Part shown: one piece after another, positions 59,287 through 64,000 of the stretch
Layout of the letters: each line of letters begins with the position of its first letter
Position numbering within the stretch: the first letter of the stretch is position 1
Assembly: GCA_043228905.1 (NCBI GenBank)
Contig: JBHGNT010000007.1
Coordinates: 12,524,001-12,588,000 of the forward strand
Direction: 5' to 3'
Source: Azolla caroliniana
Taxonomy: Eukaryota > Plantae > Polypodiophyta
Length of the DNA stretch: 64,000 nt
Program-made: the position numbers and the translations under genes
The notes under the pieces: model-generated
Seen by the model: only the letters and a program-made list of their open reading frames with translations
Told to the model about the DNA's origin: nothing
Databases searched by the model: none

Positions 59287-61415
59287 TCAAGCTACAACCT
59301 TTACATCGTTGGATAGCTCCATTGATCCATCCTTCTCATAATTGTCTACTGGGGGCACAATCCTCTTCCAGAACCAATGTTGCCTCCACACGATTGCCAT
59401 CTCCTCAATGGGAATATTTTTTGTTTCTGGGATGAACAAGATGGCAAACATCCCCATTACCACTACCCAAGCGGCGAAAAACAAGAAAATACCATACCGA
59501 AAAGTGCATAGCATTGAGAGGAATGCTTGAGCTATCACAAAGGTGAACAACATGTTCACACATACAGTGATACTTTGCCCAGATGATCTTGTCTCGAGTG
59601 GGAATATCTCACTCGGGATCAACCATCCCAAAGGACCCCATGACCATGCAAACGCTGATACAAATACACAAATTAACACCACGACCGTGATAGCATATGA
59701 ACTCGATAGCGATGTATGGCCATCTTTCAGCCCGATTGCAAGAATAATGGCGATGGCCACCTGGAAAGTGGATGGATACATATTATTTTAGTCATTTCTC
59801 TAAGAACTCAGGGGAGGGGGTATTATTATTTATGTATTTTAGTAAGTAATAAAAATTTCCCAATTCTAAGAAGTTAGGGGCGTGTATTTTATCCCTTTGA
59901 TTATTATTTATTATGTCACAAAGTGATGATACCTGAGATAGGAACATTTGCACGCAAGCTTGGAGAAGAAGAAGTCGCCGGCCGAGCTTATCGACAGAGT
60001 AGACGGAGACGAGAGTGGAGAGGGTGTTGACACCGCCTGTGATGACGGCGGAATAGAGGGACGCATCGTTGCCAAAGCCCAGCGTTTGGAAGAGCACAGG
60101 TGAATAGAACATGATGGCATTGATGCCAGTGAATTGTTGGAAGAACTGGAGGGCACACGTGATCACCAGTTGTGGCCTGTTCCTTGTTTGCAAGAGGTTC
60201 CTAAATGGATGTTTTACGTCTTTAGCAATCTGGCTAGCTTCCATTAGGTCCTCGAATTCGGCATGTATGTTGTCAGTACCTCGTATTTTCCGCAATATGG
60301 TTTTTGCCTCCTCTATGTAGCCCCTCTCTACTAAACTATTAGGCGTTTCTACTAGTACAAATGTACCTAATGTTAAGCACAACCCAGGTATCCCTGCTAT
60401 TGATAACGAGACACGCCAACCCCAAATTGGTATCTTTAGTGCTCCATAGTTTACTAGGTTTGCAAAGAGGATTCCTATGGTCACATTTAGTTGAAAGAGA
60501 ATGTTGAGCCCCCCTCTCAAGTGTGTCGGTGCTATCTCCGACAAGAACAAGGGTATAGCCTACATAAAGAGAAATGATCATGCGATGTTACACATCAATG
60601 TGTTGCTCATTAATGCACAAAATGTTAACACACCTGATTAAGAAAATCTAGCAATCTGACCCATAAACACACTCAAATCTTCATTCCTTGGTAATTATAA
60701 AGAGATGAATCTTTTGGTTTAAACTTATAAATGCAAAACAGAGGTTAAAAATCAATATGTTAGGTTAGCCAGACCTAGCCCGCCCATAACCCCAAATTTG
60801 AATTCCTGGAAATTATTAGGAGATGTAAATTTTGACTCAAAAGTGAGTTAAAATTTGAAATAACCTTACTCTTGTCCCATAAACCCTAAACAATACCTGG
60901 TTAGCAAAGCCGATCCCACAACCAAGCAAGATTCTTCCGATGATAAGCATATACACATCTTGAGCTGCCCCATTCAATACCACACCTGCATCAAAGAAGA
61001 GTCCTCCTATGAGCATCGTGGCTTTCCGTCCATATCTCCGGGTCACAACCGATGCAAAGAATGTCGCAATCAGTGCCGCCAAATACAATGATGACGTGAA
61101 AAGCTGAAGAATTTGACTATCGAAATCACAATATTGATTCGAGTTCTGGTCCTCATCCTTTTGAGCCAGAACCTTGGGGAAGAACTTTGCCAAGAAATCT
61201 TCATTTGATGTCACTCCACCTAAATGAGTTTTAGACCAAATCCAGTATTGAGAATAACCTTTTGTTAACAATTTTAGTGTCCTTATCGTCTTTCTCACAG
61301 TCATGATAAAGGGGTATTTAAAGGAAGGTTGAATTACTGACCTAATTTGTGAAATGACAGTGATTTTCCTATGGCATCATGTCATTAACGTATACATGTA
61401 TACATATAATACATG

Positions 61416-61447
<32 letters not shown>

Positions 61448-61753
61448 TGTATGTATGTGTCTTTGTATAGATACATACATATATACAGATACACATGTAT
61501 GTTTGTGTTTATGGTATTTGTAAGTGTATATGTCTTTATGTATGTATGTTTATGTCCATGTATGTCAGCATTATGTATTTGCATAGAAGGGATAAGTGGA
61601 TGTGGATGTACCTGAGATTCCCACATCATAGCCAAACATGAGACCCCCACTAGCTGCAATGATACAAGTGATGATGACATAGACTGTGATTTTGGCTTCA
61701 TATTGGGATGCTCTGGCACCAGCAGGGCCAGATGTGAAGCCTCCACCTGCCAT
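59287..61753 (-). CDS. STP13: Sugar transport protein (MFS hexose/H+ symporter), STP13-like, 521 aa; exons 61753-61612, 61219-60897, 60559-59933, 59760-59287
   Basis: GT-AG introns, 1566 nt in frame. Motifs [71 protein letters not shown]. Orthology to STP13 is by recalled similarity. Confidence 0.95.
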
Positions 61754-61799
61754 TCGAAGATGAAGATCAACACAACACTAGTAGAGGATGCAGCTCAAC

Positions 61800-61896
61800 T
61801 GAGGAGGAGGAGGAGGAGGAGGAGGAGGAGGAGAGAGATGAAGAACAGGGCAATCGTAAGAAAAATGGGGATGTGCTGAGCTCGAATATATATATG

Positions 61897-61940
<44 letters not shown>
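61800..61940. repeat. (GAG)n, (TA)n and (GA)n microsatellites in the STP 5' UTR/promoter
   Basis: Read directly. Confidence 0.9.
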
Positions 61941-61947
<7 letters not shown>

Positions 61948-63314
61948 AGGCGCTTGTAAAAAGAGAGAGACATGTATGTGTAGGGGCGGCCGCGAAAGGA
62001 AAGTCTTAGAAACGCGGCGCTTCTTGGAAATGAGGAGGACTGAGGAGGAAGAGACGTACACATATGTATGTATGTATGTATAGCGATGATGAGTTTAGTC
62101 ATCAATGATGGGATGGCTTCTGCTTCCTATCTGTGAATCAATCGATCTACATACATACATACGTCTTATGTGTGTCAGCACCACATACATATATTATAAG
62201 TCTATGAGATATGTACATACGCAAGCAAGCACGGATGGTGGCCATGGTTGCTTTTTGTTGTCATCTGTGAATGACCTACCTACCTAGCAAGCAAGTAGCC
62301 TATATATACATATACATACATATACAATATATACATACATATACAATAGAGAGAGAGAGAGGGGTCCAGATTTCACAAAGGTCACTCGTTCTTGCCAGTT
62401 ACGTGTGTTGTTAGTTAGTTTAGAATGTACATATCATTGTCCCTCTCAAAACTTGTAACAAAATATTCTTTTCATTTCTTATTTCCAAAAAAAAACCTTT
62501 CTTTCCATTAGTTATAAAATTTTACATACAAGAATTCTATATACAAATCCCTATAGGGACATGATAGTTCCATCTAATGTGGATGTCCACTGACTCAAGA
62601 AAGGGAGAGAGGACGACCATTGTTGTATGAAGGCTAGTCACTGTCTTTCAAGCCCATCGGATCCGCCCATGAGGTCGTCGTATTGGCTCTTTAGAGTGGC
62701 TACAAGTTACAACTTCACTCGACTTTGTATCTCTTTAGAGTAACAAAATATTCTAGCTCTAAATATGACATTGGTGGCTTCATTTATCATCTCTCCCTAT
62801 GACATATCTTATCTAATTTTTTATTTCCATTTGTCATTCAACTTATAGGAAGATATTCTTCATTTGATTGGTTGTGTGTGCACGTTAATAATAAAGATCT
62901 TCAATAGAATTTGGAAATCCTTTACAGCTCAAATGCTCTTCAATTGTTATACGACCACTTGGCAACAAATTATTGTCTTCTTTTTTGCCATGTAAAGGAA
63001 GTTCTACAATTCACATTCATATTCTTCGGTCATCATTTTTATCCCCGATCATCATTTTGCCTAATTCAAAGAAACACATTTCAACTTCAAGCATGATTTC
63101 CGCTCAGACACTTTAATGGTGTGGTTCACCTTGATATAAAACTCCAATGACATTAAGTTACCACTAATAAGACATCAAACCATGACAGTAAAGTTAGAAA
63201 TAGGTTGTTATATAATGCCAAGTGCTAGATAATTAAATCGTATTACACGTAGTGTTTTGCTTGATGGAGTATGCTGTCCAAAACATTTTTTTGATGTCTA
63301 AAGGGTGTGAAGAC

Positions 63315-63316
<2 letters not shown>

Positions 63317-63355
<39 letters not shown>
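63317..63355. repeat. (TG)n microsatellite
   Basis: Read directly. Confidence 0.95.
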
Positions 63356-63357
<2 letters not shown>

Positions 63358-64000
63358 CTCTAATTTCTTAATCTTTTGCTAATAATGGTTTACCTTTTAC
63401 TATTATGAGTGTGTGCATTTACCTCCATACTCCTTTATTGATGTTCTCAAATTTATACATAATTTAGATCAATTATATTATCTTCTCAAGGTGATGGCAC
63501 ATTGCACAACGGGTGACCAATATAACGAATAGCCTTAATTTTCTAAAATGAGAGCACATGTTTTCAACCAATAAACATTTCAAAATTATAGCATAAAATA
63601 ATGTGTGTTTATATGAAACTAAATAGTATGTTTAACCTCTATTTTGATGCCTTATTAATTATGTTCCAAGATGTATGATCCCATGGGTTAATTCATTTAG
63701 TGAGTAAGTGGCAAGCAAGTTTATTATAATTTTCGAGGCAAGCTTATTAAGTTAGGATGAAATCTTTCTTCCATCAAACAAAGCATATACGTAGGACCTA
63801 TAGGAATTGATTACCAACGCATCAAATACTTTCTCCAGTGCTTAAGCATGATCACATGAAACCACGAAGATATAATCTCATCAACATGAACAAATATATA
63901 TATACTACAATCGCTTGAAGTGCATTGATAACCTTAGTTTATTCAAGAGCATATAGGCTAACTAAACTCTAACAACTGACTTTAGAAAATGCATTAAAGA

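Noticed and set aside
1-64000. CRISPR arrays, rRNA genes or prokaryotic operons
   Set aside because: None seen. The spliceosomal introns and plant retrotransposons show eukaryotic nuclear DNA.

Overview
Repeat-rich eukaryotic (plant) nuclear DNA. The retroelement types suggest a non-flowering land plant such as a fern or lycophyte (inference only). Three intron-containing host genes flank a ~46-kb nest of decayed retrotransposons (~11-57.5 kb): a mitochondrial ATP synthase 6-kDa subunit (+, 5165-5406), a DUF2062-like membrane protein (-, 7616-9271) and an STP13-like hexose transporter (-, 59287-61753). The nest holds Ty1/copia copies of two families, a chromovirus fragment, several LINEs (one nearly intact) and four members of a non-chromovirus Ty3/gypsy family, one of them full length (25316-35204; 436-bp LTRs, CGTTG target-site duplication). 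The most striking observation is that this gypsy family has no polypurine tract. In three diverged copies the PPT position holds a conserved sense-strand copy of a tRNA-Arg 3' half (T-arm, acceptor strand, CCA) with a small hairpin inserted in the T-loop. Read on the other strand this is a second, inverted primer-binding site, suggesting both cDNA strands are primed by a tRNA or tRNA mimic. The family also has a large extra 3' coiled-coil ORF and a structured U5. All comparisons were made by eye, and tRNA and family assignments rest on recalled sequences, not database searches.
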